A stretch of DNA of 64,000 nucleotides. Origin: the human T2T-CHM13v2.0 reference genome, Homo sapiens. The first letter of the stretch is position 1; each line of letters opens with the position of its first letter. The stretch lies in assembly GCF_009914755.1 (NCBI RefSeq), contig NC_060937.1; one strand, given 5' to 3'. The notes below the pieces were generated by a model. That model made no database searches. It saw only the letters and a list, made by a program, of their open reading frames with translations, and was not told the origin of the DNA. Both the position numbers and the translations under genes were made by a program. This document shows, piece after piece, positions 1 through 13,500 of this stretch.

Positions 1-721
1 AGGAAAAGTTAGGTAATTTTTCCAAGCAATTTAAGCAAAAGCGATTTGGATCAGGCAGAAAGAGGGCACGAGAGAGAAAAGCGGAGTGCTGAGAGAAGGT
101 AAAGTAATCTCAGTGATTTATTCCATTCTTCATGGTGCTTTAGCTTTGGAAGCCTGGCTATTAACATGGCAAATGGGCAGCACGTTAAATATCCTTTTGG
201 ACTCTAGGTCCGATGCGGTTTTCATCAAATTCCACAGCCTTTGGGGAAGGCCCATTCATTCAGGGGATTCAACCAATCTATTTAGTGGGCACCCTTATCA
301 AAGCACATTCATTCTAGATTCATGAGCAGGAGATATTCAGTCAATATTTGCTCAGGATCCTTTCAGTTACACAGTGAGAACTAGATACTGGAAAATCTTT
401 AGGCCAGGGACAGTTTATCTTGGGCCATTTTTGTAGCAGTTCTTACCATCTGCCTATTTATTAACATAGGCAACATGAAGGCAAGGACATTCTGACCTGA
501 TGAGCATATTGATAGTGGTTGAATACCCACTAACTCAGAGTCAGGCACACAGAAGGAGCTGGACACATGTTTGTTAAAGGAAAGAATGAATGTCACACAC
601 ATGACCCTCCTTTCTTCCTTCTCCCGTTCAGTGCTTCCAAGGCAGCAGCAAGGGGAAACGTCCTCTTTGGGACACATCTTGTGCAATGTGGCTCATACAT
701 GTCTTTAGACTGGACACCCAA

Positions 722-1083
722 TGATATGGTTTGGCTCTGTCCCCACCCAAATCTCCTTGAATTGTAGCTCCCATAATTCCCACATGTCATGGGAGGGACC
801 TGTTGGGAGGTAACTGAATCATGGGGGTGGGTTTTTCCCATACTGTTCTCATGATAGTGAATAAGTCTCATGAGATCTGATGGTTTTGTAAAGGGAAGTT
901 CCCCTGCACGCACTCTCTTGCCTGCTGCCATGTAAGACTTGACTTTGCTCCTCCTTCACCTTCCACCATGATTGTGAGGCCTCCCCAGCCATGTGGAACT
1001 GTGAGTCCATTAAGCCTCTTTCCTTTATAAATTACCCAGTCTTGGGTATGTCTTTATTAGCAGCATGAGAACAGACTAATACA
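722..1083 (+). mobile_element. THE1B-type MaLR solo LTR
   Basis: Starts TGATATGGTTTGGCT.TGTCCCCACCCAAATCTC and ends GAGAACAGACTAATACA, following the THE1B consensus over ~360 bp. 5-bp TSD CCCAA/CCCAT. Confidence 0.93.
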
Positions 1084-1520
1084 CCCATCTTGAACCATTG
1101 CCTCAGGGCCATGAGTCTATGATGTCAACTCTTTGCTCAATCACCTGGACCCATGTTCAATTATTAATGGGTGGTAATGTATTAACTATGTTTCCCCCCT
1201 CAGTCATACCCACTCTAATGACAGTGACTTAATTCAAGGTGACATTGAGAAGCCACTCGGGGCTGGTTGCTCTCTCCACTGAGTACACTAAACCATCATT
1301 ATTCTTTTGCATGACTGCCTTTGCCATCTGAATTGAGAGCCCCTGAAGAGAAGACTACTTTTTTTATATTTTAGTCATCTGTGGAAACCTCTAACACAGC
1401 TCTTGGCCCATCAGGAAATAATCTTAAGAAACCACTTACTGAAAAATTGCAATTGTCCCTGGCACTCACATTCACTCTCAATCGAGGCTGCAGTACTCCA
1501 GGGAGATAATAGAACTCTTG

Positions 1521-1645
1521 TTTCCAGATAAGGCAACTGAGACTCAGAGGGTTTAAGTATCTTGCCCAGGGTCAAGTAAATGCAGGAACTGGAGTTAAAA
1601 CCCATATCTGTTCAACTGCAAAGCTCCTTCTTTTTCCACTGCATG
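1521..1645 (-). mobile_element. MIR fragment
   Basis: CAGATAAGGCAACTGAGACTCAGAGGGTTTAAGTATCTTGCCCAGGGTCA is the reverse MIR core. Confidence 0.75.
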
Positions 1646-2384
1646 GTGCAGCCACCCCTACATCACAGATGCCTCCTCACCAAGTGTTTTTAAGACATGT
1701 ACATTCTAGACACTTAGGGAACAAAACAGTATTACAGTGTGGTATCCTGAGAGAGCTTATATCTTGGCCATCCTGGACATGCACTATGATTGGACACCTA
1801 AGATATGAGCCTGTGCTTTCTATAATATAAGGACCTAATAAATATTAAACTGCAGAATGAAATCCTGGTTCACTATTGAAGAAAGCAGTTGTGTCAGGAA
1901 CCTGAGCATTACCAGGACTACCTGGATAAGAATGATATTTTGATAAGGCAGCTGCAGGCCATGGTTGAAGTAGACCTCAAACCCAGGATCACTGCAGGAA
2001 GAGCCCAAGCTTACTGGCTTTGTCCTACTATTATCAAACCCCATGGGCTTTCTTAATTGCCACTGCTGAATAGATATCATGATGGTAAACACGCAATATA
2101 ATGAGAATGTCGTCCTGAATGGGTGATTTTGCGAGTCCAGTGGCTTAAGGCTGACCATAAATTAGCTTCATGGAAACTGTGTAGAGAAATCAAATACTGA
2201 ATATTTACCTGCTGCTTTGTGAAAAAGCCTTCTTCACTAAGGAAGAAAACAAATCTTAAAAATAGATGCATATCCAACTTCAAGGCTTTTAACTGAGGAA
2301 CGAATACAAAAACCAAGGACAACTTGTACCTGGATGATAACTTGATTTTTCTGATTTCTTTTAGAGAAGCAGAATTTATTTAAT

Positions 2385-2512
2385 GAACTTTTAATTTTAG
2401 ACCAGTTCTAGATTTACAGAAAAGTTGCAGAGATAGTACAGAGAATTACCATCTACCCCTCATCCAGCTTCCCCTACATGTTACATTTCTATGGTGCATT
2501 TATCACAACTAT
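2385..2512 (-). mobile_element. L1MC-type 3' end fragment
   Basis: TTCTAGATTTACAGAAAAGTTGCAGAGATAGTACAGAGAATT...CCAGCTTCCCCT matches the reverse L1MC 3' tip. Confidence 0.7.
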
Positions 2513-2734
2513 AGAGAGACTACCCACCTGGTAACAAATATTGTTCAAAAGAGACATTGTATCCAGGAGCAGTGATTAATACCCTCAGGCAAAGTATCTT
2601 GTAGGAAGTGTAAATGCAAAGCAGAGAGAAAATAGATCACAGGAATGTGGCTGAGAAGAAGAGAAAACTGGCAGTAAAAGCCACAAAGCAAACAAGTCAA
2701 GAATAAGCATAATTCAAGTCAACTGAATATCAAT

Positions 2735-3850
2735 ATGGAAAAATGGAACCTTCACCCTTACCTCACAACTTACACACAATTCAATTCCAGTTGATTTTGG
2801 ATAGAAATGGGAAAATTAAAGCAATAAAATTGTTAGAAGATAACAAAAAAATATCTTACTTTTGGAGAGAGATGTTTCTTAAATGGAACACAAAGGAAAA
2901 AAATAAACTGGACTTTATTAAAATTAAGAACTAATGTTCATCTAAAGGCACCATCCTAAGAATGGAGAGAAAATATTTGCAATCAATATAATTGACAGAA
3001 GACTTATATTCAGAATATATTTAGAGCTCTTACAAGTCTATAAGAAAAAAAAGACAACACGATTTTTTTAATGGGCAGAAGACTTGAATAAGCACATCAC
3101 AAAATTAAGAAAACCAAATAACAACTAAATATGTAAGGTACTCAATCTCGTCATTCATCAGGAAAATACAAATTCAAACCACAATGTAATACTATATATA
3201 CATCCCAGAATGACAAATTGTTTTCAAGCTGAGAATTCTGAATGTGGAGCAACTGAAACTCTCATACACTTCTGGGGGAAAAGTAAGTTGGTTTACCACA
3301 TTAGAAAATTGTTAGAACATATCTACTAGAGTTGGTCATGTATATAATCTATGATTCAGCAATTCTATTCCTAGGAATATACCCAATGGAAATATTTATC
3401 CATGTACACTAAAATAATGTCTAGAATGCTCATAACAACACTATGCAAAAAGTTGAAAATAACCTAAAGTTGGAAATAACCCAAATGTGCATCAATAGTA
3501 AAATGGATAAATGGTAGTTTATTAATGTAATAAACTAATGAAAATAAACCACAGCTACATATCACAATATAAATGGATCTCACAAATGTAGTGCTGAGAG
3601 AAATAAGCCTAGCAACAAAAAAGAATATATATTGTACGATTCCATTTACATTCGTTCAAAAACTTGCAAAACCAATTTAGGCTGGTAGATGCCAGAATGG
3701 CAGGGTAATGACTGAGAGGGGACATGAGGGAGGCTCTGAGATTGTAGTAACATTCTATTTTTTTTTTAATCTAGTGGTTACATGGATGTTTCCATCTTCT
3801 AAAACTTCAACAAGCTGGACACATATAATTTGTGTACTTTTCTGTAGAAC
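2735..3850 (+). mobile_element. Old L1M (L1ME-like) ORF2 end and 3' UTR remnant
   Basis: Degenerate L1 3' motifs: AATGGGCAGAAGACTTGAATAAGCAC, TCATCAGGAAAATACAAATTCAAACCACAATG, ATGATTCAGCAATTCTATTCCTAGGAATATACCCAA, TACGATTCCATTTACAT. Confidence 0.8.
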
Positions 3851-4689
3851 CTGAATGCTAGTGTCAGAATATGACATTCATTGTGGTAAAACCTCAAACT
3901 GAAAAGTTTATAAAACTCAACCTAGTTTTCTCTGGAGTGATCCAGAAAGCATATTTTAACAGTTGTACCCTTCAGTAACAGAATAAAGAAGATAAACAAT
4001 GGTTCACAGATCTCTTTATTGGGAAACATGTAGGCTCTAAAAACCTAGCACAGTCAGCTCTGATGAACGACTCTGCAGTTCTGTCAATTAGACTTAAGAG
4101 AAGCAAAGCAGATGACCTCTTGGCTAAGACAGCTCTCACTCACCTGAGCCCAGCGGATCTCAGTGACTCCCATTTCTGGTGTTGTGTCACTTGCTTAGGG
4201 AATAAAATCTGGCTCTTGGGTTACAAAACAAAAAAGATAAGTGGAATTCATGAGGCAGAGGGAATACCAAAGACTCAGAAAAGACAGTCACCATAGACTC
4301 AGGGACAAAGAGAAGTGAGTCACAAGGACAGTAGGCTCCCATGGTTACCCTTAGGTAGAGCTAATCTTGTCTCCTGAACTATCTGTTCCTGGTGCTTCTT
4401 TCCTTTGCTTGTTTTGTTTTGTTGTTTGTTTGTTTGTTTTTACAAGCAGTGCTCATCACCATAGTGACCTCAGAACATCATTTCCTGAAGTCTTAGCCTC
4501 ACTAAAACAGAAAGTGATTATAGTTAGACGAAGGAGGATCCTTCTGAATCAGATTCTATGAAGGATGAATCTTGTTTAAATCTGTCATTTAAATAATCAT
4601 CCTGGTTACCATAACTCTAATCAACTTTCTATCCTAAATAATCTGAAGAAGCTTTATTTATCTGAAAGTCGTAGGATTCTAAAAGAGAG

Positions 4690-5040
4690 TTACATTCTCC
4701 ATTTCTTCACTGTTAAAAATAATGCTCCAATCAATAGTATTGAACATTACCTTTAGTCACCCTTGATTATTTTCTTAGGACAGATTCTTAAATGAGATAC
4801 CAGTGCAAAAGGCATGATCATTTGCTTTATGAAAGGTATAAAAATAAGTATTATTTCTAGATTTTTCTATTTTAAAAAGTTGAACTAATTCATAGACATA
4901 TAAGTATTTAATAAGTGTTCCCACTTCACAGTATCTTCACCAACAATGAGTGTTAACATTTTAAATCTTTGCTTATTTGATACCTCAAATAATGGCCTAT
5001 CATTTAAGTTTGAATTTGTTTATGAGTTAGGCCAAACACT
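4690..5040 (-). mobile_element. Old L1ME-like fragment
   Basis: TAAGTGTTCCCACTTCACAGTATCTTCACCAACA and AATAATGCT motifs resemble the reverse L1M 3' region; highly diverged. Confidence 0.5.
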
Positions 5041-6152
5041 TTAAGAAACATTTTTGATATTTTTTAAGAAAATGATTGGAGCATCATTATATGATATTCT
5101 CATAAGAAATATGTTAGTCAGAATTGATAACCTAACAAGGATAAAATGGAAGGAGAGACTCATACTTCTGCAACATTTGTAATTCCAGAGAGAAGACAAC
5201 GAGATGACTTTATTCTTTTTGCCTGGACAATGACCTCCAGCATCTCTTAGAAGGCATTGCAATGAGTCTTTTAAATATTTCACTGGAAATCTTTGACTAG
5301 TTTGCTTAAGTTCTGGTGGATATTTTAAAATTAGCCTTACAGAGAAAAGTAGATTCATGCTATTTTCTACTTCCCCATAATTTCAGGGCTCTGCAATTTA
5401 TCTAAGAACTCAGAGGACTAGCAGAAATACAAGAAAATTTTGCCCCAAATTGCCATGTGCAATTTACTTGTCCACAGAATGCTCCCTTCATAAATCCGTT
5501 TGTTTTTGCTTTTCTGACAGAGAATATAGAAAGCTGTTTCTTCTCAGAAATTTAATAAAACAAGCCTAAAGAGAAATTTGCAGTTTCCTAAGTAACTTAC
5601 CCATATAATGTACTTCTAATGGAAAAGCTTGCAAGCCCACTTTTAGAATCATTTCCCCAAGAGTGGCTGACCAAAGTATTAAGTTGTAGGAAAAGGGCAC
5701 AAGGCATTTGATGTCATGGAAGGCAGTCTATTTGATTAGTAAGAAGTGGGCTCTGGTGCTCTATGTGGACAGAGAGGAGGGGTGGCTACTTTCCTGACCA
5801 CATACTCCCCAACTCTACAGGTCAGTGTGTCGTCTGGCCTCATCCCATGCTCAAAGCCCCCAAAGGGCCCTGACTCTGGTAGTTAAGTGGAGAAACAGGT
5901 TAGGTAAGGAAGCAAGTCCCAGTAAACAGGGTTTGGTGCTCCTTCTGCCCTGTTTTTCTGGAGGAAATAGCCACTTATGGCTGAGGGTCTTCTCTTCCAA
6001 CCACCTTGTCCATAGCAGGACCAAAATGTAGACAGTGATTAGAACATTGTATATGTATATGGTGGAAGACCCAGAAGGTTCTTTCCCTGGCTCCAAAAGC
6101 AGTGGCAATCCCATCAAAGCCTTGGAGAAGATGATCACTTCACAAGCAGGGT

Positions 6153-6500
6153 GTTTTTTAACTTGTATTTTAGGTTCGGGGTACATGTGCAGGTATGTTA
6201 TTTGGGTAAACTTGTGTCACACGGGTTTGTTGTACAGATTATTTCATCACCCAGGTATTAAGCCTAGTACCCACTAGTTATTTTTTCTGATCCTCTCCCT
6301 CCTCTCACCCTTCACCCCCAAGTAGGCCCCAGCATCTGTTGTTCCCCTCTTTGTGTCCATGAATTCTCATCATTTAGCTCCCACTTATAAGTGAGAATAT
6401 GCGGTATTTGGTTTTCTGCTCCTGCATTGATTTGCTAAGGATATGACTTCCAGCTCCATCCATGTTTCTGCAAAAGACATGATCTCATTCTTTTTTATGA
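6153..6500 (-). mobile_element. 5'-truncated L1PA13-15-type 3' end
   Basis: GGTACATGTGCAGG...TTAGCTCCCACTTATAAGTGAGAA...GACATGATCTCATTC is the reverse L1PA 3' UTR. TSD ACAAGCAGG(G/A)T at 6142-6152 and 6501-6511. Confidence 0.9.
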
Positions 6501-7988
6501 ACAAGCAGGATTTGTTCAATTGAAGCTTTATCAGTTATATCCTTCCAACACACACACACGCACGTTATCAACCATCACTGAAGTGACAAATTTGCTGCAT
6601 ACAGGGTTGTCCTTGTGCATTGAAGAGTTTGCAGCTCTCTTTGGGGTGTGATTGAAGCTGTAGAAGGTTATCCAGCCACCGTACTAGAAATCACCCCCAT
6701 TGGAATAGTTTCTTCTAGTGAGTACGTTGGCTCCAGAGAATCTTCTCAAGGTGTATGTGTGCTGGCCAGAAGAAAGAGGTAGTACATTTACTTGTCAGCA
6801 TTCTGCTATTACTACCTTACACATTAACACAATCAATGTCTCAGCCCAGTCAGCTGCCACCAGGCAGGAGGAAGAATAGGAAGCTGGAATTGGAAAAGAC
6901 CCTGTAGGGGGACCGGGCACCTGGAGTACCAGTAGGAAAGCTCTGTAGGACAAAGTTCTCCTTAGTGCTTTTTTCTGGGCCTAATCTACATATCCATTTT
7001 AAGTCCATCAGGAAAATAAAGAGTAGTCTTGAAACAGATTCTTAGAAAAGGTAGAAATGAATTTTCTGGAAGCCTTTGGAACTTGCTCATGCAATTAGCA
7101 CAGTGGGCTCTGTTCCTGGCTAGTTTATAGGATTTGAGGATGGTTCTGCTTTTCCTGTTTTATTTTCCCACCCCCATCTGATAGAGATCACACATCTCCT
7201 TATAAAATATACTGAGTGCAAAGCCAGTATACACCATTGTAATATCACACAAACATGCAGATACAGCCCAATCCCTGTTCTCCGTTTCCAACCACAGCCA
7301 ATCATCAAACTGGTCTCCTGCCAAACCAGTTCCCGCTCTTGGTGGAGAAGGGAGACAGGCTGTACGATGGAAGACGAGGGGACTTTGCCCGTCCCTAACA
7401 ATCCATTGAGGTACCTCATTTGCTCTGTGTACAGCCATTATTTGAAAGGAACTACCAAACAAAGTCCAGAACCTTTAGCAAATGCAGCTAAGGCCATGCG
7501 ATTCCCCATTCCCCCCACATTCATTATTCTTCTTCTTAATCCCACATTCGTTGCTTTTACCCAGCTGTCAGTAAGCCTCTCTGTTACCATTGCCTGCCAT
7601 CCTAGCCACTCTCACTAGAGAGGGATGCCATACTCACTGAAAAACAGCATGATTCTAAAAAAAAAAAATCTATCGCAATAGTAAACATTTGAAAGCCAGT
7701 TACAATCATCTTTTGTTGTGTCATTTAGCTCGATGGCTCATCAACATCAATTTCTAAACAGAACTAAGAACAGATTCTACTTAAGCCAGTGGATTTAAAT
7801 GTTTTCCACTTCAAACCTTATTTTATTTTGATTTTGTCAATAGGTCAGCCAATACCAACATATAGTAGTTTGCCAATACTATAGGCAGCTAAAAAACTAA
7901 AGTGCAGCCATTCATTCAAAAATTACTTATACCCTGGCTATTGCAGTGTGTGGGCTCAGGGAGAGCAGAGGCCATGCCTGCCTGGTGA

Positions 7989-8387
<399 letters not shown>

Positions 8388-10497
8388 TAGAGTGTAATTG
8401 GTCCTCTGCTAGGCGTTAGGGACTAAGAGGTAGGAGATTGGTTCTCTAGAGATTCCACATATAGTGGAAAAGAAATATGCTTTGAGTTAATGTCCTAAGC
8501 TTTCATCAGGAAATCCAGCATGCAATAAACACATGACAAGGTCAGGAGATGTGGATGCCAGATGCGCTTCTTCCACAAACAAGTATTGTGACTTCTGACC
8601 CTGGCAGTTAACAGGCCCCAGTTTTTCCTTTCTAAAAGTAAGGGTGCTCGCTTAGATAAACCCAAAGAACCCTTCTCAACTTTTTTGACTGCATGAAAAT
8701 GGGTCAAGTTGGACCAATTCTCTGTAGTCACTTTTCTGTGTTCTGCAGCCTTTGGATAGATTCGTGGGATATGGGCTGGTGGATGAAACGCTGGCCTGCG
8801 AGCAGAGGCACGTGTGTTCTCTTGGCTGGGTGATCCAGGGAAGAGGGAGCCTGCTGCTGTGTCCTGAGGAAGCCGCTGGCAGGAAGGGGTTATGTAAGCA
8901 CTTTGCGGAAATGTTGGTGAGGCTGGATGTTTTCAGGCCTTCTGCAGCTCTGCGTTGCTGGGCAGCAGTTGGCTGGCTTTCACGGCCGTTATCACGCAGG
9001 ACAAGCACGAGACTGTCCACCCCCAAGTGCAGCTGCAGAGCTCTGGGAGGACTGGCCATAGCACCTCTCTCAGCCATTGGAGTAAGCCCAGGGCTGTTCC
9101 AATGGGAGATGCATTTCCGCACCTGCTTCTTGTCCTTAGCAACTTCTCTTTGTTGTTGTGCCCCAGAGGGGAGACCCTGTTACACATGCAAAATGCTACT
9201 CGAGGAGGGTGGCAGACCAGGCCATCCTCAGCACAGCCTGCAGCAGGATAAGGCCATTACTCTCACTCCCGTCAGCATCAAATCACACCAATCTAATTTA
9301 AAATAAAAGGCGTAGAGTTTGCCATTATTATACTTTTGCCTGACAAATGTTCCCATAAAGCTGTATGCAAGGCATAGTCCAAAATAGATGGCACCAAGCT
9401 TATTATGAATTCAGCCCCTAAATTTTAAGTTCAATGCTGTGTGAGCCACCTCATCTGATGCCTATCATCTCACTTCAAAAATTGAATTGTGCCCCAGCTT
9501 GCCAAACGAGCCCATTAGTCACAACGTCAGGAAGTCCTGAAATTTCCTGGTTACTAAAGAAGATACATTAAACAAACAGAACAAATCAGGATGATGTTTG
9601 GATATGGTTCCTGGCATGGCTTTTGACACCTCAGTTTCCCCATTGGTAAAATAATGACCAGAGGGTCTTGAAAACCTGCACAGAAACCTACCACAGATGC
9701 AGCTTGTACTGTTATTATGCCGTTCCAGCAGGCGTCGAAGCCACAGAGGGACACCGAATTTTCATTCAGACAAGAGTGCGGTTTAGCAATGTAGTCATTC
9801 TGGGCCATTACTTTGTAATGAATTCACAAAGTTTCTGCAGGAGCATTAAAATGAGATGGCTGCAAAAATATCAAGAAGAGCCACCGAATTCCAGCTAAAC
9901 ACATAAACACATTTATAGCATACACACGCACAAGCCAGTGTGTTAAAGGGACGGCAGAGCATTCCAGAAACTGGCAACGAAAAAGCCACATGGAAAACCT
10001 CAAGTTCAAACCAGCATCGCATATCTGGGTTAAATGTGAAGGCAAGGATTGGTGAAGTCACACCCGAAAAGCCTTCCATTTTTAAGGAGCCGAGCGTAAT
10101 TTCAGTGGTTCTGCGTCACTGACATTTAATGACATGTTATACAAAGTTCCGTAGCACAGAGCCTCTTTTGTTTTTAAGACACGAGAAAACACCTGTGATG
10201 TTGGCTTGAATAGCCACTGTCACAAGTACTGTGCAGTGGAAGTCAGAAAATATGGGTTTGAATTTCTGGACCAGTTAAGTGTTTGTATTCTGTGGTCCAT
10301 TCATGCTGTCGCTATAACGTGGATGTAAAAACGGCTACTGGAATCCTGTCTTTATACTTCCTTAGTCTCTGACACTAAACATTTTTGTCTAAACTTCTCT
10401 AGTCCTCCTGTTTTTTCCTCTTTGTTCCTTTCGTCTGCTGTTTCACAAAATAGGTGGGCCTGTTTTGTTTTTTATAGAGCAGACATAATGCATCCAG

Positions 10498-10580
10498 ACA
10501 GGGAGGGGGAACAGAGAAAGGAGGAAGGAAGAGGAAGAGACAGAGACCGACAGATAGTGAGAGAGAGAGAGAGAGAGAGA
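10498..10580. repeat. Purine-rich tract ending in (GA)11 microsatellite
   Basis: GGGAGGGGGAACAGAGAAAGGAGGAAGGAAGAGGAAGAGA... followed by GA x11 at 10559-10580. Confidence 0.9.
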
Positions 10581-13500
10581 CAGGAAACATGTCCCTCTGT
10601 TTTGTTTCATTTTCTTTTTTTTGCAGCAAGCCTGCCTACATTTATTCAGTGATGAATCAGCATCAGGAACTCTCCAGCCACTAGGAATAAAAACTAAACT
10701 TCCTGTATAATTGAAAACTACTTCAAAAACAATTTATGTTTGTCTGGCATCAGCGGCAACCAGAGAGAAACCAGGGTTATCTGCAAAGTCACGTAACGTA
10801 TCGAAAGGTGCTGAGCTGGATGAATCCTGTGTCCCTCTTGGAGCTTGTGGGGAATCTTGTGAAAGTTTGTGTTCAGTGAATGCTGTTGCACCATCACGTT
10901 CAACGGCGGGCAGAGAGGAGTTGCATTGTGAAAAGTGATAGCCCTCACCTAAGTAGCATTTTGATGATTATACAGAATACCACTGAAGGATAAAGACACT
11001 GGGCTCTGATTATAATTTTATAATTTATATAACATGGCTCACAATTTTGTGTGTTTTCAAAATAATTCATCTTTTAATTCAATAATTAGTTTTAAAGGTT
11101 TAATTAGGGGGAGCTATCTGCCAACTGCGACGTGTAAATCACTTCAACGATCGAGACCTCTGATCTGAATTCTTAGTTGGATGGCATGAAAAATCAGAAA
11201 ACTAAGCACTATTAATATGTATGTCCTCCTCCAAATCAGTGATTTTTATGATATTTGAATGCAAGAGTTTATAGGTTGGAAATAATACATATGCTTCTTA
11301 TTTTATACGTGGCACCACAAAATTAGCCAGTCAGCACACTCCGTATAAATGCATAACATGAAACAGGAAGACCTCAGGGACCTGGGGCAGAAGTGGAAAC
11401 AGACTCTGCCCTTTATATTCAATGTGAAAATATTTTATTTGTGCCAACAAAGCATTATTCATAAGACAGCTTCAGAGCTGTCATATTTGAGATAAATTTC
11501 ACATCCTGCCTCAACCTTGCATTTTTCCCTGAAGGTGGGATAATTTAAGAATAAACGTACAGGAAACATTCTATATTTTGGGAGCATCTCTGAAATGAGT
11601 TGTTAGCAATCACGTCCCCTGGATTCTCCTTGATACACGTTCATTTTCTTCACCTGCTCTTCCAAATTAGCATCCTCTTTATTCCGACATTTTCACATTA
11701 GCAAAAGTTACAGGTACTAACAGTGTCACAGAAAGAAAACCTAGCCATTCCAAGAAGGCTGCTGAGAAGGCTGGTGGCAAGATGAGAATGGGGAGGAGAG
11801 AGACACTGTCTAGCAGTCTAAGTGCGAGCTCTCCTTCCCTCACCTGTGTTCTCGTGCATCTGTGCTGGTTCCCTGTACAGCTGCTGAGCTCCCTGCCAAG
11901 CTACCTGGGAATGGACCCCTGTTCATTTTAGGCGGGATGGCTGCTCCGCAAGCCCCATCTGTCCAAGGCTCACGACAGGACCAAATGAGAGGCAAGCATC
12001 AGATACCGTCTGCTGATACTGGCTCACCAGGGCGAGCTCATCTTCTGCTTCTCCCCGAGAGACTAGATGCCTAGAGCCTCCCAACTCTGCTGCTCTGCTG
12101 TGTTTCTTGACATAAGACTAGCTTGACATGGCGACCTGGGATTACGATCCTAGTTTATAACAATGACTGTTAGAGGAGGCAACCGGCATCTTTGTTCACC
12201 CGAGGGGGCTAAGGTTTGTACGTACAGGTGTCACTGCAGCAAGGGTTGTGGTCCTAGCTGCTCAGGCATGTCCTGTTCTCTTTCCCGTGTGTTCTGTGTG
12301 TCAGAACCCAAAGCAAGTGGACACAGATGGTGGCTTGATGTTAGGGATGTTTGTTGATTTGTTTTCATTATTGTTTCTAAAATCTATAGGCAGAATTTAT
12401 TTCCTTAGTAGAGTCTTAGTACATTCTTTCAGTTTATTTTAATTTCACTGGCTTCTTTCCCCTCGGTGTTTCTAAGAGTGTTGCTTTTGTAACGGAAAAA
12501 AAGAAGAAAAAAAAAGAAGCAAGGGTCTTATAATGACTTTTAGTAGAAACTGATTTCTATCTAACAAATCCTTGTTATAAGAGGAAATGGTTAAAAAACA
12601 AACAAAATACCAGGAAGATATTTCTTGTTATCCATTTGCTAACTTGTAACTGTTAATAAAAACCCAGCCCATCATGTATGCACACAAATGCACACATCGT
12701 TTGGAAAGAGTCAAATTCAGTCCTACCATATTGTACTTTTTGTCTCCAAAATATTTCCTGATCCCTGGAAAGAAAAGAATGCACACCTGTGCCTCTGAAG
12801 CTTTGAGTTCAAGTGTCTCAGGTCATTTCCCACACATTCTGTGGACTGTAAATTCCAAAGAAAATCAGCAACACAGCTAAAAATCACATTGGTTTTGTTA
12901 CTCTGAAGCTTCCTGACCTTGAGAAATAGTTTTTTCTGGCATGGAGAAAATACAAAAAGTAGTTCCCTCTTCCAATCTGCACAGACTTCAGATGTCATTG
13001 CTATACCATTTACACGTCATAAAAAAAATGCTATACAAAGAATTTATCTAAATGTGGCTCTTTTGGTTTCATGCCATCTGCATCTTTTTAAGTCACTTAG
13101 AAATACTCTAAGTGAAATACTCTAGCAGAATTAACCTCTGCTATCTTGACATTTCTCAACTACCTAGCTGAAGCCTGGGAACCCATTTACAGAATATGTA
13201 TGGTTTTTAAAGGGTTAAGGCAGAAAATGTCTGAAGAAAATCAGCTTAAGTATGTTTTACAACAAAACATGTTATTGTGGGTATTGGAGTTAGGTTATGA
13301 TAATGAATTTCAGACTCAAATATTTTCTTTGATTGTCACAAAAACATGTGAGGAGCCGTGGGTTTGTTTTCAGTGTTCAGCATGGAGTTAGTTGTGTTTC
13401 ATTACCAGAGGCTAACTGTATGAGAACTGCTTTCACATCCAGAAATCTTGAGATGGTAAAGGGAATCGGGGGTTGGGGGAACCCAAAACACCCTATGTGG

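Noticed and set aside
8676-9306. Overlapping ORFs of 184, 148, 98 and 84 aa in unique DNA
   Set aside because: No recognisable domain, the longest starts at a non-ATG codon, the composition is Cys/Leu/Ser/Arg-rich, and frames are open on both strands. This fits chance in a locally GC-richer patch.
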